A stretch of DNA of 43,423 nucleotides. Origin: Catajapyx aquilonaris. Lineage: Eukaryota. Location of the stretch: assembly GCA_000934665.2 (NCBI GenBank), contig KZ538867.1, forward strand, positions 1 to 43,423. Reading direction: 5' to 3'. Under the pieces are notes generated by a model. It ran no database searches. It was not told the DNA's origin and saw only the letters and a program-made list of their open reading frames with translations. The position numbers were made by a program, and so were the translations under genes. How positions within the stretch are numbered: position 1 is the first letter of the stretch; the number at the start of each line of letters is the position of its first letter. Positions 1-11,512 of this stretch are shown here, in pieces.

Positions 1-175
1 TTTGGAAATTAATTTAGGGACTTCTAGACGAGTAAAATGGTTCCAGACACATTCATAGGGTTTTCCCAGATCTCGTAAGTATAGCTGTTATTATTTGCTA
101 AATATCTTGTCCGTATCTTCGGAGTACGCGTAAGCCAAAAACTGTGTGGTTCGGGCCGATCTGGGGCCGAAGGGG
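1..175. mobile_element. End of a piggyBac-like element
   Basis: CpG-rich segment ending ...CCGAAGGGG then TTAA (176-179). The other end is outside the window. Confidence 0.4.
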
Positions 176-832
176 TTAAGCTGCTGTTAGGGAAAAAGCA
201 ACACAACGCAATATGTAGTGAAGTTGAGCATTGCTTGTCTATGTCAGACAACTGCAGCAGGCTGAAGTAGACTAATGGCAGTGGATGAGCAAATATAGAA
301 TCTGCTGCACATTGCAGGTGTGGATTTGTTTGTTTGTTGTTTTTTGTTGTTGTTGTTGTTTTTTTAAAGGACACCAGGGTTTGCAATTGACTGTTGTGAG
401 TAGAAGGGGTACAGTTGCAAGAATTGAGCATAATATTGGAGACTAATAGGCAAGGAGTGCCAACATGTTGGCCTTATTATCAGTGAACTTGTTGGAGCTC
501 CTAACTCAATCTGACGACCTCGTTATGCTTGTGACTGTACATTCACATACTGGTACTTGTTCCGTGGACCTGCCAACTAGCTCCCACTATGTAGGCATCC
601 CTTATGCTCCGGTTCAGGGCATGGAGTCTTTAACTCGGGCAGAAAAGCAATAATGGTACTGAGCCACTGACAGGAGCAGAGGGGGAAGGATGTAGGGTTT
701 CCACTGGAGCGAGTCGGAAGGAGAAGAGGGGGAAAGGGTGACTCAACTACAAGAATTTGCCTGCTGGCCTAGAGTAAAAGTCTGTAACCTACTTCTACTA
801 TTAATGATTGCACTAAATCCTTCGCATTACAG

Positions 833-914
833 CTATATTCGTGAACAAGAAAGGGTTGAGAAGCAGGAAGCTTTGAAGCGAGAGCGAGAGTTGCGAGCTC
901 AACAACTACAAGAG
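833..914 (+). CDS. BAZ2B: BAZ2B/toutatis-like exon, coiled-coil region (YIREQERVEKQEALKRERELRAQQLQE)
   Basis: ttacAG acceptor at 831-832 and GTAAGA donor at 915. Charged helical peptide joins in phase 0 to the next exon. Confidence 0.85.
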
Positions 915-1067
915 GTAAGATAAATTTTTTACAGGCAAATATTTATCAGTGTGTTTGAGTTATGAGGCAAGGGCTTGGTAAATCTCACAGTTGCAGTCTT
1001 GGAAGCATTTTAAGCATGCTCTGTGATGGAGGGTATACTGATTTGATAGAATTCTTTGCTCATGATG

Positions 1068-1598
1068 TAGACTAGCCAACATTATGTTCACCTTTTGATG
1101 AAAGGATCCTTTCCAGGATTGAGTTTGTTCTACATGTCAATAATTTTTGGTGAAGTTGATCCAAATAATATTAAAAAATAAACTTCCTTTTTTTTCAATA
1201 TCATTCTGTTCCATGAGTTGTGAAAACAGAGCCTGAAATGGGAATGGGCAATTTTTTTTGTCTTTAAATGGCCACAGAGAGTTCTAGGAATCTTCCAGCA
1301 TTTGAATGTTAATTTTTTTTAAAATGATAGATTGTGCTTAATTTTTTAGTTGCACAGAGCTCACTGAAACTAATATAAATGCTCATTGCACAATGTGTAC
1401 AAAAGGGTTAAAAGTTGCAAACTTTTGAGTTTCAAGCTCAGGTTATCACAACTCAGGGTAGAGATATTGAAAAACTGAGTTTCACTTTTTCAACTTTTCA
1501 TGAGGAACACCTGCTGCTAGAAAGGATCCATTCACAGAGCAAAATTAATCAAGTCAGGGATCCTTTACTTTTGGGATGCCATGGGTAGCCCAAGTCTA
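1068..1598. mobile_element. Academ-like non-autonomous DNA element
   Basis: TAGACT...AGTCTA termini, 3-bp ATG duplication (1065-1067, 1599-1601), inverted subterminal AAAGGATCC motifs. Confidence 0.4.
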
Positions 1599-2666
1599 AT
1601 GTGTTGAGTGGTGCAACTTTCATAAATGAATACTGGTAATGGAGCTAGATCTGTTTTTGAAAAGAGGTGGTTTACATTCATGGACAAATTTTAGGAAACA
1701 GTGACAGTTTTTATGTTGGTAATTACGGAAGACGTCGGACAAACTGCAGGAAGGGGGGGGGGGGGNGGGGGGGGGGGGTAGGAGTGTTTTTACAACTACA
1801 GTTTTTATATAAAAGCTTATTTTTTAAAATAGAGCATTCATCTTATTAATTTCTACTGTGTTCAAGCATGCAATAAAATATTGAATATCTGTGTGGAATG
1901 AAAGATGTCCCATCTTTTGATTCAAGCAAGTGGTGTGTGCCACATGTGAAAGTAATTTTGTACCATCATGTATAATGTGAGTGTATATGTTGCAATACTA
2001 GTTTTATGTACTAGTTTTATGTACTAGTTTTATGTATGTCTTGTCACCACATTGAGAAAAAAAACATCTAAAACACTCCTAGATTGCAGAAGAGGAAACT
2101 TGAGATCTCCTTGTGTGACTAGGTCTGGTCAGACTTAATAAAATAAGTGAAAGTATCACACTTTATCACAAAATGTGGCATTCCAGCAATATTTTCACTT
2201 AATTTTAGTTGTCACTTTATTATTATAAGTTTACAGAAGAAAAATTTAATATTAGCAGTAATTCATTCATTCATTTCTTGATGGCATTAATCCCAGAAAG
2301 GGGTAGCCAGCGAGTTCTTGATACATGTAGGTGTACATAATCTGGTCCCGCATTGTGAAAGAGAAATGCTTCGACTGACATGATCTTTTGTGCAGTAATA
2401 GCTAAAGGTCTGTGTCATCATGTGTCTACATTGAATTTTGGGGAATTATTTTAAAAATATTACACTCAAGTAGTCCTTACCTTTTGAAATGTGGCAATTC
2501 TTGTGCTAGGTGGTCTCAAGTTTGAATCCTCTGGATCTGTTTTTAAGCCCTTACATTTGTAATGGGCTATTAATAATTGTACTCTGTATGTGGAGACAAA
2601 TTTGCACGTTGCGAATGGCTGAGAATTTTTGGCGCATGTGAAAGGCTTTATTGTTTGATTGATCAG

Positions 2667-2732
2667 GCTCGACGTCGAAAACATGAAGTTTTGGAACGCT
2701 TCAAGCATGGAGAGCAGGCACGCAAAGCACAG
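2667..2732 (+). CDS. BAZ2B: BAZ2B-like exon (ARRRKHEVLERFKHGEQARKAQ)
   Basis: gatcAG acceptor, GTGAGT donor, 66 nt, phase 0-0, charged helix. Confidence 0.85.
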
Positions 2733-3106
2733 GTGAGTTTTGACAAGCTTAAGGATGCTGCTTAATATTGCTTGTGAAGTACAATTAAGCACTGGATAGT
2801 GATCATGTGTTGATTATTGATATGCCTAGGCAGAGGAAATGGGGATTTTGGCATGCCACATTGTGTGTGCTTGTAGTTCAACTTGAGCATTTAATTTTTG
2901 CTTTAAACATTTCACAACTCTGCTGTCCCAAGGACAAACACCTCATTTACAAAACTGGTAAGGTCGTGTGCAGGACCTCCTTACCGGTATTGTGGATAGG
3001 GTGTTTTCCTTGGGGCGCCAGTTGGCATGAAAGCAGTGTCGGTTCACAACTCTTCTGTGAGGCAGAGCGGCTAACAAAAGATATTTCAGGACACACTTTA
3101 GGCTAC

Positions 3107-3108
<2 letters not shown>

Positions 3109-3154
<46 letters not shown>

Positions 3155-3478
3155 CCGGGGTAGTGCTTGACCTCATCTGAGGTATGCAGCACGGACCTTT
3201 ATTTATTATGTCAAGTACATTGGAGCCTTTATACGTAACACCCAGGCCCACGGGCAGGATGACAGGAGGGGATGTGCAAGGTGCAGTGCAATGTCTTATC
3301 CGTGGCCATTTTTAGTGAACTCCCCGGGTGGTTTAGTATGAGGAAATACCACCCGAGACGAAGCCAGAGGTGACCCTGAACTCTGCACGAGATGAAGGGG
3401 GTGTCCCTGGGTTGGGTTCGAACCCGGGACCTTAACATTCGTGGGCGCATAGGTTACCGCAGCACCACTCCACCTCCC
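3109..3478 (-). mobile_element. tRNA-derived SINE family A, full copy
   Basis: Minus-strand head with B-box GGTTCGAACCC, (TTA)n tail, 15-bp TSD CACTTTAGGCTACTA (3094-3108, 3479-3493). Matches copies at 38738 and 41881. Confidence 0.92.
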
Positions 3479-3541
3479 CACTTTAGGCTACTAATTTTGT
3501 AGCAAGTAGTAAAATCTATAGTAAATCATTCATCCTTACAG

Positions 3542-3586
3542 GAACGTGAGCTCAAACGGCAACAGGCTGTTTTACTCAAGGAACAA
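3542..3586 (+). CDS. BAZ2B: BAZ2B-like short exon (ERELKRQQAVLLKEQ)
   Basis: ccttacAG acceptor, GTAAGT donor, 45 nt, phase 0-0. Resembles the BAZ2 segment preceding ERERRRQH. Confidence 0.85.
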
Positions 3587-4285
3587 GTAAGTATTGAATT
3601 ACTGAATTTAATTAATAACTGCCCTCGTAAGGTTTTTATTTTTTATTTTCTTTGTTCTAAGAACTATTTTAACTTGACTTTAAACTTGAAAACATCCAGG
3701 TCACCTATGTTAAGGAAAAACATTGCTAAATTTATATGAGCAATCCAAAATAAATATCAGGGTATGCATGTTGTGTGGTGTAGTTTATATGATGCCGTTC
3801 TTTCTTAATTCCTGCACATTTGGGTTTCCTGCTTGCTGCACATATCACAATATAATGAGGATTGCAAACATTCAAGTTTATTGGAGTTGTTTTGTGAGAA
3901 AGTGGAAAATTGATAAACACATGTTTTTCTTTATAAATGTTGCAGTAAAAACTTCTACGAGATAGACTCGTACGAGTTACACCCTAACATGACAGAGTAA
4001 AGCTATATCTCAGCCAAGATAAGGGTATTGCAATGCTTTGTAAATCAGACAAAGAGGATATGATGTAATACAGAGTCACTTTAGGGTCCTACATTGGCAT
4101 TCAAAGAGGTTGATTGTCATAAAGAGAAATGAAGAAAATCCCATCTGGAATCCACAGTTTGCATACATGCACTTTTGATACTGCTGGTGGGACACCATGG
4201 CCTGAAAGTGATGGAACGTATCAAAGCATTCCAAACCTTGTACTATTAACATTCATAGGATTTTCATTTCTTTTATAATGATATA

Positions 4286-4904
4286 CAGGGTGATTCTCCC
4301 GAATGGAAACCCGAACATTCCTCAATAACTTTTTAACTATGGTTCCCAATGAAAATTGACATGTACTTACCTTGTATCATCCCAAACAAGGTCTGACTTA
4401 AGAATGTACCAAAAGTGGTCCCCTCCAGCATCCAAGAATTTTTTAATGCAAGTCTGCTTATTGGAAGACTCCTGCAGATGTGGACACTGATTTGGCGGGA
4501 GTGAAACACCTGCTTGGCGAGAGGGCATCTCAAGGCCACGGGAACAGTGCAATTCATTTTGGGGTATGATGGGTTGTTTTTTTTTTATTTCTCTCGTGGA
4601 GTTTGTTGAAGGGCTGTGTACAAAAATAACCTTCAAACAATTGATGCTCTCAAAGACGCCTTACCGCATGCTGCGGGCGGGAGATTGATCCCATCACCGC
4701 CGCCACATCTGCAGGAGTCTTCGGCAATATGTAGACTCGCATTAAAGAATTCTTGAATGCTGGAGGGGACCACTTTTGGTATATTCTTTAGTCAGACCTT
4801 GTTTGGCATGATACAAGGTAAGTACATGTCAATTTTCATCGGGAACCATACCATAGTGAAGTTATTGAGGAATGTTTGGGTTTCCATTCGGGAGAATCAC
4901 CCTG
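4286..4904. mobile_element. Tc1/IS630-like non-autonomous element with long TIRs
   Basis: TA-flanked CAGGGTG...CACCCTG, inverted arms of about 200 bp, transposase C-terminal remnants (VYKNNLQTIDALKD, DAGGDHF). Confidence 0.88.
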
Positions 4905-6363
4905 TATTTAATCCTCCAGTTATGGCATGTGCATTACAATGCACAGCAGGAGGAAATTCACATCTCCTATTTGAAGATTAAATAAGCCTTCTCAGTGGTG
5001 ACATTACGCATTGAAAGATCTGGGCTACCTGCCTTTACACACTTTGTGCTTATAAGCGTACATTAACATCAAACAAATATTGTAAAACATAATGTGATTA
5101 AATCTGACACTGTTTCCGATTGATTAATGGGCACAACAAAAGTTGTGGCTGGAATTTTGGGTTGGAAAAAGGTATGCTTGGTTCACTCGATATACACAAT
5201 TACTTGACATTTTCATCAAGGGGTTAAATAACAGGGGTGGGAAATATGACACCCCCTTCCCCTGCACACTGTTCAAGAAATAACAGAAAATGGAATAACT
5301 CACTCTATTGCCAGCTCTTGGAGCTTGTATTTATGACATCTGTCCAAATTCGCCTTTGATGCCTGCAGTGCACCGTTCACTGCTAGTGTGATAAGGTTGG
5401 CTCTGGGTTCGTCATATGCTTGCTTATGATGCGTACAGAGTGAGCTCTGTGTGACTGGTCCATTATACTGTATGTCATGATCCCCTCTTAAGTTTTCCTC
5501 TCCATGATCCGTAATCAAATAGTTTATATTTTGGGGGGGAATAATAATGTAGGTTGGAAGGCTTTTAAAAAATTTTAGTAGGTTTTCATATTGATATGTC
5601 TGTTGTAGTTATGGATTTTTTGACACCAAGTTTCTTATTTGTAAGCAGTTAGTCGTTTTAGTGGCTGTCAAAGTATTAGTAGCTAATATTAGACAGTATA
5701 TAGGGGTCAACCATACAGTTATGGGCCACTTAAGAAATTTTCCAAGTTCACATCGTCACATGACCCACAGTAATTACATCTGCAGTTTGATTATATATTT
5801 TTTTCTGAATCTTCAGAATGTTCTCTTTCAGGGAGAAACTGTAATTTTGAAATTGTCCTTTACTGTCATTTTTGGTAATGAAAAGCTCCAACAGAGTCAC
5901 AAAAGTACAGTAATAGGACACTTTTCACAGTTAGTTATGGGCCGACTTTGGGACAGTGGTGGGCCACCTAATTGTGGGGACTCGATTGTTGTTTGCCTCA
6001 CTTTCATGGTGCAGGGTGTTGCCCAGCATTGTTTCCTACGGTCTCAGCAGTTTGTCAAGTTTTAATGATCATCCCCCTAGCCTTTGTCGTCATTTGCGTG
6101 AAAGATGCATTTACTCCGAAATTACCGAACCTGCCTGCCTAGAAAATAATTTCGTTAAGAACAGATGACTTTCTCACCTGAAATTTCTTCATGATTGTCA
6201 CATTCACCTACCTGCCCGCTGGAGGTGTCTACCTCCATGTCTCCCCTTATTCCATCATGTTGGGTAGAGTCTAGGGGCACTATTGGATAAAGTGATTCAG
6301 GCTAAGCGTAGGCTAATATACAGGTGCTGAAGCAAAGTATCCTGGTAACTGAAAATGGTTATA

Positions 6364-7087
6364 CAGGGTGTTCATGAAAAATACCGACAAACCTATACCA
6401 CCCCCTACCTAGGCACCAGAGGATCACATTATGTAGAGGAGTGATTATGCCTGGACCGCCTCATTCCTGAGATAATTGACCCACCTGCTCTTTAGCGATT
6501 TAGCGTAAGCGTTAGGGGGTATCCACGTGAAAACCAAAAATGTGCTGCAGAAAAATTCGCCAATAGCGATTATTCTAGCTGCTCCAGAACGACGATGCGA
6601 TTTTTGCCTAATCACTCCTTCTGACTGGGGGAGGGTTCGTTGGGTGGCCTAACTTCCAGGATATTTTATACTACCTGCTTAAAAGGTTGGCATAGTGGAT
6701 AAGGCGTCCGACTGCTAATCGGGAGGTCCTGGGTTCGAATCCCGGGGCCGGCAACTCTGACCGTGGTTTTCTGTGGTTTTCCACGGTCCTTCCAGGAAAA
6801 TTCCGGAGTTGCTTCCGTAATTAATAGGCCACAGCTGCCTCCTTCCGTCCCTATCCTATCCCAAAGAGCACAGTAAAATGAAAGCAAAGAGTTCCAGGCA
6901 AAACAAACTTCCCCCCTAATAAGCCGATGGCTGATAACGGGGTATGAATTATTATTACTACCTGCTTAAAGGCAATTTGTGCTGTAATGAGGCGGTCCAG
7001 GGATAATCACTCCTCTACATAATGTGATCCTCTGGTGCCTAGGTAGGGGGTGGTATAGGTTTGTCGGTGTTTTTCATGAACACCCTG
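6364..7087. mobile_element. Tc1-like MITE with TIRs of about 100 bp
   Basis: CAGGGTGTTCATGAAAAA...TTTTTCATGAACACCCTG, near-perfect inverted arms. Confidence 0.88.
6684..6955 (+). mobile_element. tRNA-derived SINE family B, copy 1
   Basis: A-box TGGCATAGTGG, B-box GGTTCGAATCC, (ATT)n tail, 15-bp TSD TACTACCTGCTTAAA. Confidence 0.92.
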
Positions 7088-7944
7088 CTATGTATGTGTA
7101 AAGGCAAAATATCGTGTCCAGGTATGTCATGTGTTTTTCTAACCATGTGTAAAATTATATGATGGCAGAATTTATTTATTTATTTATTTATTTATTTATG
7201 GGGTATGCCCATTACTGGAAAGTGATGGTTTTGATCCACGCAGTTGTGGGCCACCCCCATCTACTCGTGCCATCTATACTGACTCATCATTATCTACAAT
7301 ATATGAAACTATGGAGTCTACCCTAGCCATGCAAATTGACGTCGGCAACCTGGAGTGATGAAAACCCTTGTAACTTATGACTAGCTGGAGTGCTACTCCT
7401 TACCGACTACTTAAGGAACTGGCCCTGCTGGAAGTGACCCAGAGATGCGATGATCTGGCGACCTTGATGAAAGTCCAACCGGGAAAAAATTGTACACAAC
7501 ATTCGTGCAACAATGCAGTGCAGCAACCCATGGGCAAAAATGATCACTACTTTCACTACACACATTAATATGAATAAGATTACTATAAGTGGCTCATTAC
7601 TGTATGGTGGCCGATAACTGTAGGGTTTACCCCTACTCATTCATTTAAATTCCTCTTAAGGGGTATGGCCTGCAAAAAAATTGATTGTGTCATTTACATT
7701 TGTTTGCAATAAATTGTTTCAATCAGAAATTTATTGCAATTCGAGCTTGGGTGGATTACTCAATTTGGCCTCATGTTTTCTAATACACTGTACTCCCAAT
7801 TATCCGGGTGCAGATAATACATGTTGCGGCTTATCCGGGTGCCTTCAAAATATTAAGTTAGAAATACAAGTCAGAAAAATGTCAATACGAGGTGCTACCC
7901 AAAAGTTCGCGAACTGACGCCAGTACTTTTGAAACACATATAGT

Positions 7945-8240
7945 ATTTTTTGTTTTTAAAAAATTTGTTTATTAATTTACCCCTTGATAGGGTGAAACTC
8001 TTTTAGGGGGGAAGGGGAGGAAGGAGGGCGCTGTAATTATAGTCATTTCTGACTTTCTGAAATACGCAAGACCTTTCTTCTGGCCCTGGGAAGAGTAGGG
8101 AGTGCAATTCTGCCCCGGTATGTCGGGTGAAAAGCAGTAAAAGATCTGGACAGGCAGAGGTGATGGGGACGGGATTTGAACCCCGGCCTCCCGCTTGGCT
8201 GGCCAGTGGCATAACCACCAGACCACCATGCCTCCCTAAC
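7945..8240 (-). mobile_element. tRNA-derived SINE family C
   Basis: Minus-strand head TGGTCTGGTGG...GGTTCAAATCCC, A-rich tail, 10-bp TSD CACATATAGT (7935-7944, 8241-8250). Confidence 0.82.
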
Positions 8241-8634
8241 CACATATAGTTTGTCGCTCCCACTCTACGTAGTGCTGCAGGTGACCTTTCTGAACTACTC
8301 TGCCAAGTGGCAGCATCTGAGGTTGAATGGATCAGTTTCTGTGGGCAGTTTTGTAGAGTTGTGTTTGGTGCGTTCTGCGATTCTATCTGGGGGTGAAAAT
8401 GGATGGCCTAAAAGGACAGCGTAAATTTTGTTTCAAACTTGGCAAAAGTGCTGAAAACTCACAAGATGCTACAAGATGCTACAAGATGCATTCGGTGACA
8501 ATGTTTTAGGGACATATAAATGATATAATCGGGGTTCAAAGATGGCCCCATTTCAATGGGGAAGTAGCCTTCATTTTGGAAACCACATAATAAATTCGCC
8601 CATATTTTTTGGATTTTTTTGGCATATTCCATTT

Positions 8635-9718
8635 GAATGACCCAGAATGGAAAGGGCATAAGTCCATGAGACAAAATTTTACAGGGGAGACAAAAAACTT
8701 AAATGCGGCATTGTAAATTCGTCAAGGTGGTCGGACTCGCGGGAATGTTGATCTTAGTCGACATTGGCATCATGTTGAGTAGAGTTCGGTGGAAAACGCG
8801 TCATGACAGATGCGTGAGAGCGATTTAAAGGGACGGGACTTACGTCCCTTTCATTCTGAAAGATGGCAGGATGATAAAATCTGTGCCGTTCTGTCACATA
8901 ATAACATAAGTAACACAAATAATGTATTATTTTGTGTTACTTATGTTATCATGTGACAGAACGGCACAGATTTTCTCATCCTGCCATCTTTCAGAATGAA
9001 AGGGACGTAAGTCCCGTCCCTTTAAATCGCTCTCACCGTTCGCCGAATCGCCGTTCTGTCACATGATAACATAAGTAACACAAAATAATACATTATTTGT
9101 GTTACTTATGTTATCATGTGACAGAACGGCACAGATTTTATCATCCTGCCATCTTTCAGAATGAAAGGGACGTAAGTCCCGTCCCTTTAAATCGCTCTCA
9201 CGCATCTGTCATGACGCGTTTTCCACCGAACTCTACTCAACATGATGCCAATGTCGACTAAGATCAACATTCCCGCGAGTCCGACCACCTTGACGAATTT
9301 ACAATGCCGCATAAGTAACACAAATAATGTATTATTTTGTGTTACTTATGTTGTTATGTGACAGAACGGCACAGATTTTCTCATCCTGCCATCTTTCAGA
9401 ATGAAAGAGACGTAAGTCCCGTCCCTTTACTTCAACATTTTCCTGAATACATGTAGGTATTTACCGGATAATGACACGATGGACAAAGTGCATTTTCATT
9501 CCGAAGCAGCAATTTCAGCATGGAAAAGGTGTAAGTCTAGATCTTCCCCCTTTTCCATTCTGGAGGCAATTCTGACATGCTAAAATATAGCATATGGGTG
9601 GGGACTTTCGCTCCCTCTCATACTGGATCTTATGCCCTCCATGCTGAAGAGTTTCCTTCCGCGAAAAAGTCATTTTGACCAAAAAGTGGACTTATGCCCT
9701 TTCCATTCTGGGTCATTC
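8635..9718. mobile_element. Sola1-like non-autonomous element
   Basis: Perfect 32-bp TIR GAATGACCCAGAATGGAAAGGGCATAAGTCCA, 4-bp ATTT TSD (AWWT type). Confidence 0.78.
8703..9429. repeat. Nested inverted repeats/palindromes
   Basis: Outer inverted repeat 8703..9312, inner hairpin 8814-9036, third partial copy about 9311-9429. Confidence 0.92.
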
Positions 9719-10868
9719 ATTTTAAGATATCAGTTTCAGTTCTGGAGTAATTGGGGTTTTTATGTAGGGAAATGGTGACGTCACTGTTTCCCTAGAAAAT
9801 GTTGACGTCACGCGAAGTGAATGAACGCAAAAATGGTGTTATAGAACGCGCCCCGTCATTGTTGTAAAACGCTTCGCTGTTGTTAGCAACCGTCCTATTC
9901 CGTGAGCAAGATAGCGGCCGGGGCGCGTATTTATTCCAGGCCGCTCAAATCGCTTCTGGGCTGACAGTGGTGCCAACTGCTAGGAATTATCTGTCACCCG
10001 AATTCGGCACATGAAGGCCCCTTTTCTCCACCTCGATGGCCTACAGCCGCCTTGCGAATGCTTTCCGTCGTGTCCGCGGTTAATTCAAAGCCAAATTCCT
10101 CATATCTCGCAGTCAACCAGGCATTTCAGTGTACCCTTTCGATTGGCTGCTGCGTTTTTCCCACCAATTTTGAAGACACTTTTAAATGTGCCGTAATTTA
10201 TCCAGTAATGTCATTTTGATGCAACAGAGTGATGGAATGTATGTTTACAGGCATGGGCTAGCTAGTTATGAACAAAAATCCCAAATCCCAGACCAAGGCT
10301 ACTTCCCCATTGAAGATGACGATCATTCTGGGCGTCCTTTGAAGAGCACAATCCAAAAAATAATGTGCAAAATTATTCTCAAATCTTCTTTCAGCTTAAT
10401 TTTCATTTATGGGTTAGGAAGAAGTTGCACAGAGGTAAATCTGGCGAAAAAGGAAGCTGAGGAATGAGCCTATAATGATGGCCATGGCAGCAAACAATAG
10501 TCTCTCTACCGCAGAGATCAAAGTAGGGACCCCATCGGTATTAGGAAGAGATAAAGCCACTCAAAAGCCTGTACAGGTTGTCAGGAAATATGACTGATTA
10601 TTTTATTTTGCAAGTATTCGTCACATTCAAGAATAGGCTTTAGCCATTGCACACAATAAGATAGGCCTATGGATTTGCTATTGCTGCGTATTTCCTCCTA
10701 AATCATTGCTGTCATTTCTCTCCAAGAATAACTCGTGATCATGATACTTAGGCCTACATATGTGGCATTCAATTTTTTAAAGCCTAACACAGTAATGTCC
10801 ATGGCATGGCCATCACTATGAAACGTCATTAGATGCTGGACAGTAATGGCCATCCTAATGAATTCATA

Positions 10869-10952
10869 CTCTTGAACAATAGGTTTAAATCTCATGCTTC
10901 AATAAAGCACCTCTTGAACAATAGGTTTCAATCTCATGCTTCAATAAAGCAC
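10869..10952. repeat. 42-bp tandem duplication
   Basis: CTCTTGAACAATAGGTTT(A/C)AATCTCATGCTTCAATAAAGCAC twice. Confidence 0.9.
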
Positions 10953-11383
10953 CTCTAGCCCACTACTTTCATATACCTCGTATTGCTTTCGGGATATTTA
11001 TGAGACCAGAAACAAACTTACAATGCAAGTAAGTCCTTAAGAAAGAAGTTAACATATCCCAGCTGCATTCCAACATGACCAGTAGGTCTCTGTGTCAGAT
11101 GCCATTACTGCTCTTGCAATGCCTGCTGTTGACTGATTTTCGACCTAGTTCATGCCAGGGACCACAGGTGTCACACCATGATCATTTCTTCATGTTATGT
11201 CATTTACATGGCCCATTTCTTCAAGAACCAAGGCGCAGTGGGCCATCACTGTACGGTTTACCCTAAGTTTCAGTTAAATTTTTCTGTGAGTTGGCATCAC
11301 ATGTCTTGATTCTCAAGGAGAGGTAAATTTGATATTAGATAGTAGCATTTCAATGTGTTTGCTTTTATTTATTTTTGTATATA

Positions 11384-11512
11384 CTGGGTGTTACAAGTTC
11401 GTGGATCTTTTTTAGTTATAGGAAATTTTGCTCAAAGCGGTTATTTTTTGTAGCTTGTTGTGCCCTGATCCAGGTGCCCTATTCTAGAGAAACTGCTATA
11501 TCTGACCACCTG
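11384..11512. mobile_element. Degraded end of the Tc1-like MITE family seen at 39357
   Basis: Shares GGGTGTT...TTCGTGG and TTTGTAGCTTGTTGTGCCC...CCAGGTGCCC.ATTCTA with 39357-39480. Confidence 0.65.

Larger units (their letters stand above)
5703..7633. mobile_element. TA-flanked DNA element (pogo/Fot1-like termini) hosting nested inserts
   Basis: TIR GGGGTCAACCATACAGTTATGGGCCAC versus GGGGTAAACCCTACAGTTATCGGCCAC (reverse complement of the right end), TA on both sides. Confidence 0.7.
8558..10308. mobile_element. ISL2EU-like non-autonomous element
   Basis: 14-bp TIR GGGGAAGTAGCCTT with 2-bp AT duplication. Removing it restores mariner codons PISIEDD. Confidence 0.7.
7888..10350 (+). mobile_element. 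Degraded mariner 5' half, interrupted by inserts
   Basis: TA-CGAGGTGCTACCCAAAAGT terminus. KFCFKLGKSA...LQDAFGD...FKDGPIS near 8425-8555 resumes as IEDDDHSGRP at 10309. Right boundary is approximate. Confidence 0.75.

Noticed and set aside
3946..4000. Possible exon after TGTTGCAG (KNFYEIDSYELHPNMTE)
   Set aside because: Wrong phase for the upstream donor, which would read TAA immediately.
6684..6750. Apparent tRNA-Ser(GCT) gene, also at 12426 and 37453
   Set aside because: No long variable arm and a poor acceptor stem. It is attached to a shared body, tail and TSD, so it is a SINE head.
8880..9430. CRISPR-like repeat array
   Set aside because: Repeats are long, inverted and lack unique spacers, in a eukaryotic intron.
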